Shown: piece by piece, positions 18,777 through 26,783 of the stretch | Layout of the letters: the number at the start of each line of letters is the position of its first letter | How positions within the stretch are numbered: the first letter of the stretch is position 1 | Virus record (IMG/VR): IMGVR_UViG_3300011335_000701 | Coordinates: 1 to 31,003 of that record | Direction: 5' to 3' (one strand) | DNA length: 31,003 bases | Origin: a virus | Taxonomy: Duplodnaviria; Caudoviricetes | Translations under genes and position numbers: made by a program | Notes under the pieces: model-generated | What the model was told of the DNA's origin: nothing | Databases searched by the model: none | What the model saw: only the letters and a program-made list of their open reading frames with translations

Positions 18777-18865
18777 TTCGCGCGAAATTAGTAGATTCGC
18801 TGTAATGCTGCTTGACTTTGAGCCGATAGAGGCTATGCTGGTGTAACCCAAGCGGCAAGAGCCGC
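18777..18865 (+). promoter_or_regulatory. Early promoter unit 2 (homolog of unit 1)
   Basis: TTCGCGCGAA 18777-86; TTGACT 18812-17; TATGCT 18834-39; hairpin 18852-65. Confidence 0.75.
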
Positions 18866-18879
18866 AGAATCGAGACTAT

Positions 18880-19086
18880 ATGAAAACTTCTGCTCCACTT
18901 CTTGTTGATCCTATCTCTGGCTGCAAGTATAGCATTCGTACTTACCGCCTTGGCTGTATGTTTGAATGCGTAATCAATAATTATAAAGGCGAGCTAGTCG
19001 CTATTGAGCTTCGCAACACCTTAAAGGATGCCAAGCGAATTGCCTTGAGTGTAGCTCGTTTTGGACAATTCAAGACTCCGCGCTAA
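18880..19086 (+). CDS. Hypothetical protein (68 aa)
   Basis: ATG directly after the repeat hairpin. Confidence 0.6.
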   Translation: MKTSAPLLVDPISGCKYSIRTYRLGCMFECVINNYKGELVAIELRNTLKDAKRIALSVARFGQFKTPR

Positions 19087-19129
19087 GGCCTACCTACCAG
19101 CGGCAAGAGCCGCAGAATCGAGACAAGAA

Positions 19130-19540
19130 ATGATCAATGCTGACCCCGTTCGACAATCAATCTATGACCGCGCATATGACGCGGCGTACAGTGCGGCCGA
19201 AATTGCGGCCTACCGCGTTGCCTATGAGAAGCTTTCCGACGCGGCCGCTGCATCGGCTATCGCCGTTGTTGCCGCCAGCCAAGCCGCTGGCGAAGCCATG
19301 CGCCGCGCGCGCCTGAGCTTTGATGAGAACGGAAAGGCAGTATCGGTTACTCTGAGCCTCTCCGAGGCTATTGCGACCGCTCACGCTGTTGTAGGAGCCG
19401 TTGTGAACCTTGACCGCGACATAGAGGAGCGCGAGGAAATCGGCCGCGTAGGCGGCCTCCAAGAGCTTCGCGAAGTTGCCGCGCGACTTGACCGCCTTTC
19501 CTCCGCTTTGCTGGTTGCAGCGCATCAGGGGGCAAAATGA
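19130..19540 (+). CDS. Ala-rich hypothetical protein
   Basis: ATG 19130 follows the hairpin copy at 19100-19113. Confidence 0.6.
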   Translation: MINADPVRQSIYDRAYDAAYSAAEIAAYRVAYEKLSDAAAASAIAVVAASQAAGEAMRRARLSFDENGKAVSVTLSLSEAIATAHAVVGAVVNLDRDIEEREEIGRVGGLQELREVAARLDRLSSALLVAAHQGAK

Positions 19541-20061
19541 GCCGTAGCCTGTTTCATATCTCGGAGGACATGGGCGCGCTAGACGCGCTTCTATCCGAGG
19601 CCAACGGGGATGTATCTGCGCCAGAGACTCAGGCCGCGCTAGAGACTTGGGAGGCCGAGCTGGAGACTGACCTGCTCGGCAAAGTCGATGCGTACTGTGG
19701 ACTGATTACCGAAATGGAAGCGCGCATCTGGACGCGCACCGTGGAAGCTCGGCGGCTAAAGGAGTTGGCCGAGTCTGACCAACGAGCAGTAGACGCGCTG
19801 CGCGACCGATTGCGCGCTGTCTGGCTGGCTCGCAATCTCGGCAAGCTTCAATGCCCGCGCTTTGTGGTTTCCGTTGTAAAGAACGGCGGCAAGCTGCCGC
19901 TACTGGTAACTGACTCGGCCGACAACCTGCCACGGTGGGCGGTCAAAACCGTAAACACTGTATCGGTGGACAACGACGCAATCCGCGCGCGGATTGACGC
20001 TGGCGAGGTGCTGAGCTTCGCGCAGCTCGGCGAGCGCGGCGTAAGGCTGTCGATCAAATGA
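19537..20061 (+). CDS. Siphovirus Gp157-family protein
   Basis: SLFHIS, KVDAYCGLI, EARRLKEL, KNGGKLPL and ERGVRLSIK patterns. Confidence 0.8.
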   Translation: MSRSLFHISEDMGALDALLSEANGDVSAPETQAALETWEAELETDLLGKVDAYCGLITEMEARIWTRTVEARRLKELAESDQRAVDALRDRLRAVWLARNLGKLQCPRFVVSVVKNGGKLPLLVTDSADNLPRWAVKTVNTVSVDNDAIRARIDAGEVLSFAQLGERGVRLSIK

Positions 20062-20414
20062 GCGATAAAAACTACAACCGTACCCCCGATTGGTCAAGCT
20101 TTCCGTTGTTTGCGTCGGCTGACAAACTGCCGCCGCGCTCGCGGAGGAATGACCGCCCTACCAGCGTTGCGGCTGGCGAGTCGATTGACGGCCTACCGCC
20201 GATTGTCTACCACCTGCTAGCGGCGTACAAGGCCGCAGGCGTTGGAGGCCTGATTGACGAGGAGGCCGCGCTAGCGTCTGATTCTGATATGCGCTCTTGC
20301 TGGTGGAAGCGGTGCGGGGAATTGCGCGCGCTCGGCCTAATTGTTGAAACTGGCGAGACTCGCAAGTCTTCTAGAAATCGACTCTGCATTGTCTGTCGGG
20401 CGGTGAGGCTATGA
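20058..20414 (+). CDS. Winged-helix-like DNA-binding protein
   Basis: GLIDEE...KRCGELRALGLIVETGETR. Confidence 0.55.
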   Translation: MSDKNYNRTPDWSSFPLFASADKLPPRSRRNDRPTSVAAGESIDGLPPIVYHLLAAYKAAGVGGLIDEEAALASDSDMRSCWWKRCGELRALGLIVETGETRKSSRNRLCIVCRAVRL

Positions 20415-20599
20415 CCAAAACAAAAAAGCCCTATCTCTCTGCTCGCGTTCTGCGCGGCCTCGACTCGCTGACCAAGCGAGCCAGCCCGCTTACTGTTGAG
20501 GAGTTTCTGGCGGTAGAGTGGGTAGCACTTCGCAAAGCGCATACGAAACCGCCTAGGCTGCCAAAAGTAACCGCTGTACAGTCTGCTCCGTTTGTCTAA
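20411..20599 (+). CDS. Hypothetical protein
   Basis: ATGA coupling. Confidence 0.5.
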   Translation: MTKTKKPYLSARVLRGLDSLTKRASPLTVEEFLAVEWVALRKAHTKPPRLPKVTAVQSAPFV

Positions 20600-20685
20600 G
20601 ATGCCCCCGCCACCAGCGCATGATGCGCCCTGTCTCCGTGGTGCTGATAGGGGAGGGCGGTAACGCCCTCTCCGTCAGGTTACAT

Positions 20686-20913
20686 ATGCCAACACCTGCA
20701 ACCAACCCCGCTCCTGTTCCGCGCCCTAAACACCTTGGGCGTATCGAGCGCGTCATGCTTGAGACTGAGCGCGTAGATTTTCTGCTGGCTGGCGAGCTGG
20801 TCGGCTTTGTCGAAATCGTCCGCGTTCCTAATGACGCAAAAATCCGCGTAGCGTTTTGCTTTGACCGTAATATACAAGTACAGCACCAAAGGCAGAAGAG
20901 GCCAGCACCGTGA
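20686..20913 (+). CDS. Hypothetical protein, weakly CsrA-like
   Basis: VEIVRV...KIRVAF..DRNIQVQH beta pattern; start uncertain. Confidence 0.35.
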   Translation: MPTPATNPAPVPRPKHLGRIERVMLETERVDFLLAGELVGFVEIVRVPNDAKIRVAFCFDRNIQVQHQRQKRPAP

Positions 20914-21059
20914 CTATTGAACCTACACCGCCGCTCCGCTGCTCATGGTGCGGGAAACAGACCCCCGAACATCACGAAAACCGCACCTGCTCTACCTGCT
21001 CCGAGCGCGACCTACAGGCCGAAATAGAGCGCAGCCATGCCGAGGATTACGATGACTGA
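20910..21059 (+). CDS. 49-aa CxxC-CxxC zinc-finger protein (not in ORF track)
   Basis: GTG start overlapping the upstream stop; CSWC...CSTC; acidic tail. Confidence 0.55.
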   Translation: MTIEPTPPLRCSWCGKQTPEHHENRTCSTCSERDLQAEIERSHAEDYDD

Positions 21060-21264
21060 CCAGCCTACAGAGCTAACCGTAGACGAGCTTTTTTCTAGGT
21101 ATGTTGTTTTGCGTAACGCGCTTAGGGAATACCGACTAGCCGATAGAGAGCTGTGCAACCTAGAGGTTACAACGCGCGAAGCCTTTGCACGGCTACACGC
21201 TGCCGAAGACGCAGTAGATGACTTGCTCGGGCTGGCTCGCATTGGCAGGAAGGAACGGCCATGA
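21052..21264 (+). CDS. Hypothetical coiled-coil protein
   Basis: GAGGA before ATG 21052. Confidence 0.55.
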   Translation: MTDQPTELTVDELFSRYVVLRNALREYRLADRELCNLEVTTREAFARLHAAEDAVDDLLGLARIGRKERP

Positions 21265-21650
21265 CCGAGCGGCTATACCTAATTACTAACGGTGACCGAA
21301 TCTACGACCACCCTACGGCTATCCGCGCGGCAACCGCCAGCACACTTGTAGTAATGCTTGAAAAGTGCGCGGATGAAATCGAAGCGCAGAAGATTGGCAA
21401 TGACGCACAGAAGAGAAGCGTGTCTATCTATCTACAGATATGCGACCTAGAAGTAGGCCAGCCTTTAGTTAACCATGTTGCTGAGCCTAACGAATTGGTG
21501 CGGCTTGCCGCAGAGAACGCTAAACTACGCGAGGAGCGCGACGAAGCGCGGCGGCAAGTTTGCGAGTTTGAGATGGTAAATATGAAGTGCGCTCGCGACT
21601 ACGCTACTTATCGCGGTTGGGATTGTTACAACAAAAAGAAAGAGGACTGA
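21261..21650 (+). CDS. Hypothetical protein
   Basis: ATGA coupling; ERDEARR motif. Confidence 0.55.
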   Translation: MTERLYLITNGDRIYDHPTAIRAATASTLVVMLEKCADEIEAQKIGNDAQKRSVSIYLQICDLEVGQPLVNHVAEPNELVRLAAENAKLREERDEARRQVCEFEMVNMKCARDYATYRGWDCYNKKKED

Positions 21651-21655
21651 GCCAA

Positions 21656-21805
21656 ATGAACGACGGCTACGACGACAGGCCAGACGAAAGCGCGCTACGG
21701 ATTTTCCTGCGCGAGTGGTGCTACCTTGTCGTAGTAGTAGGCCTCACCCTCTACCTTTCTCTCTGGTCAATTGTTGACCGAGTCGCAAGCGTAGGGCGGC
21801 GGTGA
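21656..21805 (+). CDS. Small single-pass membrane protein
   Basis: WCYLVVVVGLTLYLSLWSIV hydrophobic segment. Confidence 0.5.
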   Translation: MNDGYDDRPDESALRIFLREWCYLVVVVGLTLYLSLWSIVDRVASVGRR

Positions 21806-22056
21806 ATGCTAGCGAGCTGCTCATAGTGCGAGGCTACGCATGGCACAGTACGCGCGGCCTAATACACGCCGCCGCGTTTGCCAAAGGGCTAAAGGAAGTG
21901 CCAGCAGCGCGGACGCGCATACGGCTAGCCTTGGTTAGCGACGAATGCATACGCGCCCATTACACCAAGCCTTATCCGATTACGCAGTCTGTGCTAGGAT
22001 TACTTGAGCCGCACGGCCGATCTAGAAACTACCGCTGGATGCCAGATAATGATTAG
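21802..22056 (+). CDS. Hypothetical protein
   Basis: GTGA coupling. Confidence 0.45.
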   Translation: MNASELLIVRGYAWHSTRGLIHAAAFAKGLKEVPAARTRIRLALVSDECIRAHYTKPYPITQSVLGLLEPHGRSRNYRWMPDND

Positions 22057-22432
22057 CACCGCGTTACCTAACTGCGTAATGATAACTCTGTTCCATCCGC
22101 CAGCAGCACTACACCCAAACGCGCGCGTAGTCTGGCAGGTAAAGGCGCGAGCCACCTCTAGCTACCGCCGTGCAGCGTTCCTAGCGGCTAGGGACTACGC
22201 CTACGGGTGGGAGGCCGCAGAGGTGCAGGCTACTTTTTATGTGAAGACAAACCGCCGTCGCGACCGTGACAACCTGCTGGCATCACTCAAAGCCGCGTTT
22301 GACGGACTAGCCGACGCAGGGCTAGTCGCGGACGATTGCGGTATGACGCACCTTCCCGTACAAATCGCCGTAGACAAAGGAAGCCCTAGGGTGGAAATCG
22401 TTGTACGGCAAGTAAATGGGGCAACCGCCTAA
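22049..22432 (+). CDS. rusA: RusA-like Holliday junction resolvase
   Basis: RRRDRDNLLASLKAAFDGLADAGLVADD and PRVEI. Confidence 0.85.
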   Translation: MISTALPNCVMITLFHPPAALHPNARVVWQVKARATSSYRRAAFLAARDYAYGWEAAEVQATFYVKTNRRRDRDNLLASLKAAFDGLADAGLVADDCGMTHLPVQIAVDKGSPRVEIVVRQVNGATA

Positions 22433-22447
22433 GCCGATGCTAAACCT

Positions 22448-22744
22448 ATGATTGACGAAGAAACTAACACTACGGCAAGTCGCAAGCACAATCGGCCGCT
22501 GTCTCTGCTGGTTGGGGTAGCGCAGCTAGCTACTATGGCCGTAGGCTTTGGCGCAATGGCCTACAGTATGGGCGAAAAATCGCAACAGATTACCGCCGCT
22601 CAACGCGACATAGACACGCTAGCGGTAATTGTCAACGACCTAGCGCGGACGCAAGTTACTGTTGCAGTCTCAAGCGCAACTACAACGGCAACGCTTGAGG
22701 AAATTAAGCGACGGCTAACAATGCTTGAGCAGCGGACACGCTAG
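22448..22744 (+). CDS. Membrane-anchored coiled-coil protein (lysis-region)
   Basis: One hydrophobic segment followed by a coiled coil. Confidence 0.55.
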   Translation: MIDEETNTTASRKHNRPLSLLVGVAQLATMAVGFGAMAYSMGEKSQQITAAQRDIDTLAVIVNDLARTQVTVAVSSATTTATLEEIKRRLTMLEQRTR

Positions 22745-22805
22745 GTATCTGGCCGATACACTTACAGCCTATTCTCTTCTCTGCTCTTACTAGGAAACTA
22801 CCTCT

Positions 22806-23003
22806 ATGAAATCATGGCGTACCACTACAGCGGGAATCCTCGCTATTGTTACTGTTGTCGCTGCCGCGTTTCGCGCAGAGCTTGACGCTGACCCCGCAAC
22901 CGTTGCCGATTGGTCTCTAGTCATTGCCGCAGTAGTTGCAGGCGTTGGCCTCATCATGGCGCGAGACAACTCGGTTACCAGCGAAGCAGCTGGCGCAAAA
23001 TGA
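22806..23003 (+). CDS. Putative holin (2 TM)
   Basis: KSWRTTTAGIL...GLIMARD; two hydrophobic helices in 65 aa. Confidence 0.6.
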   Translation: MKSWRTTTAGILAIVTVVAAAFRAELDADPATVADWSLVIAAVVAGVGLIMARDNSVTSEAAGAK

Positions 23004-23215
23004 CAAGAGACACGGAAAACGATTGGGCGGCAATCTGCAAGAGCCATCAAGACCGCCTACAGCGGCCGCTTGGCAGTGTTGAGCGGTTACGCTTGCTGCA
23101 CGATGCCCCGATGTTTTCCTTTTGGGCTGACATCAAGCGCGAGCTACTGCTTGCTGCTGAGGAAATTACGCACCTACGACGCAGACTAGAGGAGCAGAAC
23201 AATGACGGAGGCTAA
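23000..23215 (+). CDS. Hypothetical protein
   Basis: ATG 23000 overlaps the holin stop. Confidence 0.5.
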   Translation: MTRDTENDWAAICKSHQDRLQRPLGSVERLRLLHDAPMFSFWADIKRELLLAAEEITHLRRRLEEQNNDGG

Positions 23216-23218
23216 ATC

Positions 23219-23386
23219 ATGCTCGAAAAAATCGTTGCAAAAATCGCGCTTGCTCTTGTCTCATGGCTGGAGTCTCGCATTGAGCGCGGCAGCACTGCCA
23301 AGGACGCGACCCCTGACCGCGACTCTCTGCGCCGTGGCGGTACTCGCTTGCGCCTGTGGCTGCTCAAGAACCGTGCTAGTAAGTGA
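23219..23386 (+). CDS. 55-aa protein, candidate i-spanin (not in ORF track)
   Basis: GGAGG RBS; MLEKIVAKIALALVSWLE...; overlaps a lipoprotein gene in another frame. Confidence 0.45.
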   Translation: MLEKIVAKIALALVSWLESRIERGSTAKDATPDRDSLRRGGTRLRLWLLKNRASK

Positions 23387-23546
23387 GTCAAGCCCTATCC
23401 GCATCGGAGAGGTACGCGGCACTGTTTACGCAATGGTTGACGGCGAGTGGAGGCTATCCGCTAACACGGTAACCGTACCCGAAGGCTGGTACTGTGTTCC
23501 GCCGTCATTTATGGATGCCCTTGACGCGAGCGCGCCTAACAGGTGA
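23280..23546 (+). CDS. Lipoprotein, candidate o-spanin
   Basis: GGAG + TTG 23280; signal peptide ending VAVLACACGC-S. Confidence 0.55.
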   Translation: MSAAALPRTRPLTATLCAVAVLACACGCSRTVLVSESSPIRIGEVRGTVYAMVDGEWRLSANTVTVPEGWYCVPPSFMDALDASAPNR

Positions 23547-23788
23547 CCCTAGCGCGCTCCAAAATCCCTAAAGTTGCGCCAGCTACCGAGACTGAAACAA
23601 AGTGGCTAACTACGGGCGACTGCGCTAAACGCCTTGGCGTAACTACGCGGCTGGTTGCGCGGTGGATTGACTCGGGGCGGCTGCTCGGCTTTACGCTGCC
23701 AGAATCGCGCGACCGCAGGGTACACCCTGACGCGCTAGCAGAGTTTCAACGGCGCGAAGGCTTTGACGCTGCCCGAGGTATAAAATGA
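23543..23788 (+). CDS. Excisionase-like / MerR-type HTH protein
   Basis: WLTTGDCAKRLGVTTRLVARWIDSGRLLGF..SRDRRV. Confidence 0.8.
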   Translation: MTLARSKIPKVAPATETETKWLTTGDCAKRLGVTTRLVARWIDSGRLLGFTLPESRDRRVHPDALAEFQRREGFDAARGIK

Positions 23789-24117
23789 CCGACAAGCCAG
23801 CCGAAGACCTGACCGCGCTGCTACGCAAAACCGCCGTGCATACCGCAACTATTGACGGCGGCATGATCGAATACACGGTGCGCTACTGGCGAGCCAACAC
23901 TACAGCCGACGCAATTGCGCGCGAGCTGGCGCACAACATGATGAAGCAAGCAGCAGACGAAATAGACAAGCTACGCGCAGACCTTAGCCGTAGTGCAATT
24001 AAAAAGACCCTAGACCACCTGCTAGCCGAAAACAAAGTACTTAACGCTACGCTTGACGCGCAGGTACTAGAAATGACGCTGTGCAGGTGCGGCCGTAGGC
24101 AAGCGGGGGCGGATTGA
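23785..24117 (+). CDS. Hypothetical protein
   Basis: Coupled ORF; AADEIDKLR. Confidence 0.5.
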   Translation: MTDKPAEDLTALLRKTAVHTATIDGGMIEYTVRYWRANTTADAIARELAHNMMKQAADEIDKLRADLSRSAIKKTLDHLLAENKVLNATLDAQVLEMTLCRCGRRQAGAD

Positions 24118-24803
24118 TTACTACGCTACCGCCGCGCCGTAACCCGCTTAACCCTGCTACCTCTATCCTAGTGCGAAGTGAAATGCAGGCTGCTGGCGAC
24201 TTTACTACAGCCTTGAGCGGCGGCACTGTGGTATTTACCTCGGTTGGGACTTATGTAAACCGATACGGCTTTGCAACTGTCGCAACAGGGACAGGCACTA
24301 CAAATCGTGCCGCCATCTGTTCACACTTGCAAAACCAAGTGGCAATGGGGTACGGCGAGGTGACATTTTGCACAATCCTCCAAACCCCTTCTACTCTCTC
24401 TGATGCCACTAACCGCTACGCAATTATCACAGGGTTTAACGACCTGCTAATTTCAATCCTCGGCACAAGCGCGGTGCTGTTTCGCTACCGCGATAACATC
24501 AACTCAGGACGCTGGCAACTCTACAGCAATGTCGGTAGCACGGGTCTTACGCAGTCAGTTGATAGCGGCGTAACCGTCGCCGCCAGCACTTGGTATCGCC
24601 TTGAATGTCGCATCAACGCAACGGCAACTCTCGCGCAATTCTTTATTAACGGTGCGTATGTCGGTCAAATTGTCGGCGATATCCCGATTGATCCCGTTGT
24701 AGATGTTACGGGCTTTTTGGTGCAAATCGTCAAGTCTGCTGGCACTTCCTCGCGCGCTGTTATCATTGACTACGCAGATTTTCAAATGGCGGTAACGCGG
24801 TGA
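24114..24803 (+). CDS. Lectin/ConA-like beta-sandwich protein, possibly virion appendage
   Basis: DSGVTVAASTWYRLECRIN...FFING...IDY. Confidence 0.5.
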   Translation: MITTLPPRRNPLNPATSILVRSEMQAAGDFTTALSGGTVVFTSVGTYVNRYGFATVATGTGTTNRAAICSHLQNQVAMGYGEVTFCTILQTPSTLSDATNRYAIITGFNDLLISILGTSAVLFRYRDNINSGRWQLYSNVGSTGLTQSVDSGVTVAASTWYRLECRINATATLAQFFINGAYVGQIVGDIPIDPVVDVTGFLVQIVKSAGTSSRAVIIDYADFQMAVTR

Positions 24804-25171
24804 CCTACGCGCGGCTTGACGCATCTTCAATCGTCGTTGAACTGATCGAATCAGACCAGCCTGTAGCAGACTGCGTACGAGTGCTTGACGGCATGAACGC
24901 GCGTCTAGGAGCCTTTTACACGGGGTGGGAGTTTGTAGCCCCGCGCTGGACTGCGTATCAGTTTCTTGGGCGGTTTACTGCGGCTGAGCTGTCCGCAGTC
25001 ATTGAAACCGCAAAGACCGACGCGCAGCTAGCCTACTTTCTCACAATGGCGCAGGCCGCGCAGGAAATCGTATCTGATGACGCTGCAACAGTCAGCGGAA
25101 TGGGTTACCTTGTCGCCAACGGACTGCTGACCGCCATGAGGCGGAACGAAATCCTATCTACTGGAGACTAG
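24800..25171 (+). CDS. Hypothetical protein (fibre-chaperone-like)
   Basis: FLGRFTAAE...GLLTAMRRNEIL, a pattern seen after tail fibre genes. Confidence 0.5.
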   Translation: MTYARLDASSIVVELIESDQPVADCVRVLDGMNARLGAFYTGWEFVAPRWTAYQFLGRFTAAELSAVIETAKTDAQLAYFLTMAQAAQEIVSDDAATVSGMGYLVANGLLTAMRRNEILSTGD

Positions 25172-25173
25172 CC

Positions 25174-25833
25174 ATGATCGACACAAGCGCGCCCGTAGCA
25201 TTTAGATCGCAAGCAGGCCAAGACCTTTTTGCGCTGGCTGCCCTACGCGGCAAACGCCACGGCCTTTTCGTGGACATTGGCGCAGGCCATCCCGAGCATA
25301 TCTCTAACACGGTAATGCTTGAGCGGGACTACGGGTGGTCTGGCATCCTGTGCGACATTGCAACCGAAGCAGAACTACGCGCGGTGCGCTCACCAGACAA
25401 CACAGTCTACGGGGATGCCTTTGAGGTAAACTGGCTTAAGGCAATAAGCGGGCTACCACTGCAAGCGCAGCGCGTAGACTACCTCAGCCTAGACCTAGAG
25501 CCGCCGCTGTTGACGCTGTGCGCTTTGTGCTTAGTGCCGCTTGACGCTGTACGATTTAGCGTCATTACCATAGAGCATGACAGCTACCGTGGCGCAGAAT
25601 GTGCAGTGATGGCTGAGGCAATGCGGGCGATACTGCTAAACAGAGGCTACCTGTTAGTCGCAAGGGATGTACAGGTACTAGCACCAAACGGAAAGCTTAG
25701 AGCCTTTGAGGATTGGTGGCTTGACGGTGACTTCTTTACCGCTGCTGAAATTGCTACGGCAACACAGGCAGCAGACCAAATACGGGCGGTGTTTCTAGCC
25801 GAGTGGACTAAGGCTACAGCCGCTGCTAGCTAG
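25174..25833 (+). CDS. FkbM-family (Methyltransf_21-like) SAM methyltransferase
   Basis: SQAGQD, FVDIGA, SNT..LE..GWSG, VDYLSLDLE, ITIEH and EDWW. Confidence 0.82.
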   Translation: MIDTSAPVAFRSQAGQDLFALAALRGKRHGLFVDIGAGHPEHISNTVMLERDYGWSGILCDIATEAELRAVRSPDNTVYGDAFEVNWLKAISGLPLQAQRVDYLSLDLEPPLLTLCALCLVPLDAVRFSVITIEHDSYRGAECAVMAEAMRAILLNRGYLLVARDVQVLAPNGKLRAFEDWWLDGDFFTAAEIATATQAADQIRAVFLAEWTKATAAAS

Positions 25834-25882
25834 TTTCCTAATCTAAGCCCCGAGTCCGCAGGGGGTCAGGGGGAGCGCGCCT

Positions 25883-26197
25883 ATGGCTTTACCAAAACTG
25901 TTGAACGATGCCCGACCGCCGCGCCAGACGATGCAAATGCTGTCTATGGCTATTGCTAACGGCTGGCAGATACCTGACTCAGTAATGAGAGCCGCACCCG
26001 CAGTAGTTGCTAACCTGCTAGTCAACGGCACTGACCGCGAAAAACTCCGAGCTGCCGAGGTGCTTATTCGTATGCGTGAATCAAATATCAACGGGCTAGA
26101 GGTGGCTGATAGATTGGAACGCCTTGATAGTGGCGAGGCCACGGAGCGCGTTGAGTTTGCGCCTATTGTATTGAGGAGCCGCGCTGCCAATGACTGA
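25883..26197 (+). CDS. terS: Putative terminase small subunit
   Basis: Helical 104 aa with ERLDSGEATERVE C-terminus; upstream of TerL. Confidence 0.5.
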   Translation: MALPKLLNDARPPRQTMQMLSMAIANGWQIPDSVMRAAPAVVANLLVNGTDREKLRAAEVLIRMRESNINGLEVADRLERLDSGEATERVEFAPIVLRSRAAND

Positions 26198-26783
26198 CCC
26201 CGCAATCCTCTGCGCGTACAGCAAGCTGGTAGCACCTGCTAAGCTCAAGCCTCACCCGCGCAACCCAAACAAACACAGTGAAAACCAAGTATCGGTAATC
26301 GCAAAGGCTATCGTAGAATCAGGCTGGCGGCATCCTGTCATAGTCAGCAAGCGGAGCGGGCTGATAGTTGCAGGTCACGGCCGAGTTATGGCGGCAATCT
26401 ACGCAGGAATCAAAAGCGTACCCGTAGAAATCCAAGACTTTGAAACCGACGCGGCGGAGCTGGCGTTCCTTGTGGCCGACAATCGCCTATCGGCTCTCTC
26501 TGATCTAGACGATGTTGCCATATCGGAAATCCTAGAGACACTGACCCAACTAGGCGCGAGCGTTTCATCCGCAGGCTACGACCAGTCTGCGCTTATCGAA
26601 ATGGTTAACGAAATTGAAGCGAAGGAACGCCGCGCAGTCGAGCGCGAGCAGGCCGCGCAGCAACGCCAAGAGCCAGCAGCAACAGCAACCGCAGGCAACG
26701 GCGAGCCGACGCAACGCCCTGAGTTTATCCCTGTTGGCAGCGTGACTACGCGCGCGCCGTGCAAGTACTGCGGGCGGCCTTGA
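26190..26783 (+). CDS. ParB/Srx N-terminal domain protein
   Basis: LKPHPRNPNKH, GWRHPVIV, IVAGHGRVMAA and LVADNRL; C-terminal CKYCG. Confidence 0.88.
   Translation: MTDPAILCAYSKLVAPAKLKPHPRNPNKHSENQVSVIAKAIVESGWRHPVIVSKRSGLIVAGHGRVMAAIYAGIKSVPVEIQDFETDAAELAFLVADNRLSALSDLDDVAISEILETLTQLGASVSSAGYDQSALIEMVNEIEAKERRAVEREQAAQQRQEPAATATAGNGEPTQRPEFIPVGSVTTRAPCKYCGRP

Noticed and set aside
17598-19113. Repeated GCGGCAAGAGCCGCAGAA as a CRISPR array
   Set aside because: Copies are hundreds of bases to over 1 kb apart with genes between them, and no cas genes are present
25174-25833. DNA methyltransferase
   Set aside because: Lacks DPPY/NPPY or PCQ catalytic motifs; motifs fit the FkbM family
25858-25875. 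GGGGGTCAGGGGG before terS as a cos/pac site
   Set aside because: Position is suggestive, but nothing else in the sequence supports it
26190-26783. Plasmid-prophage partition system
   Set aside because: No ParA and no HTH; terminase-adjacent ParB-N domains are a different context
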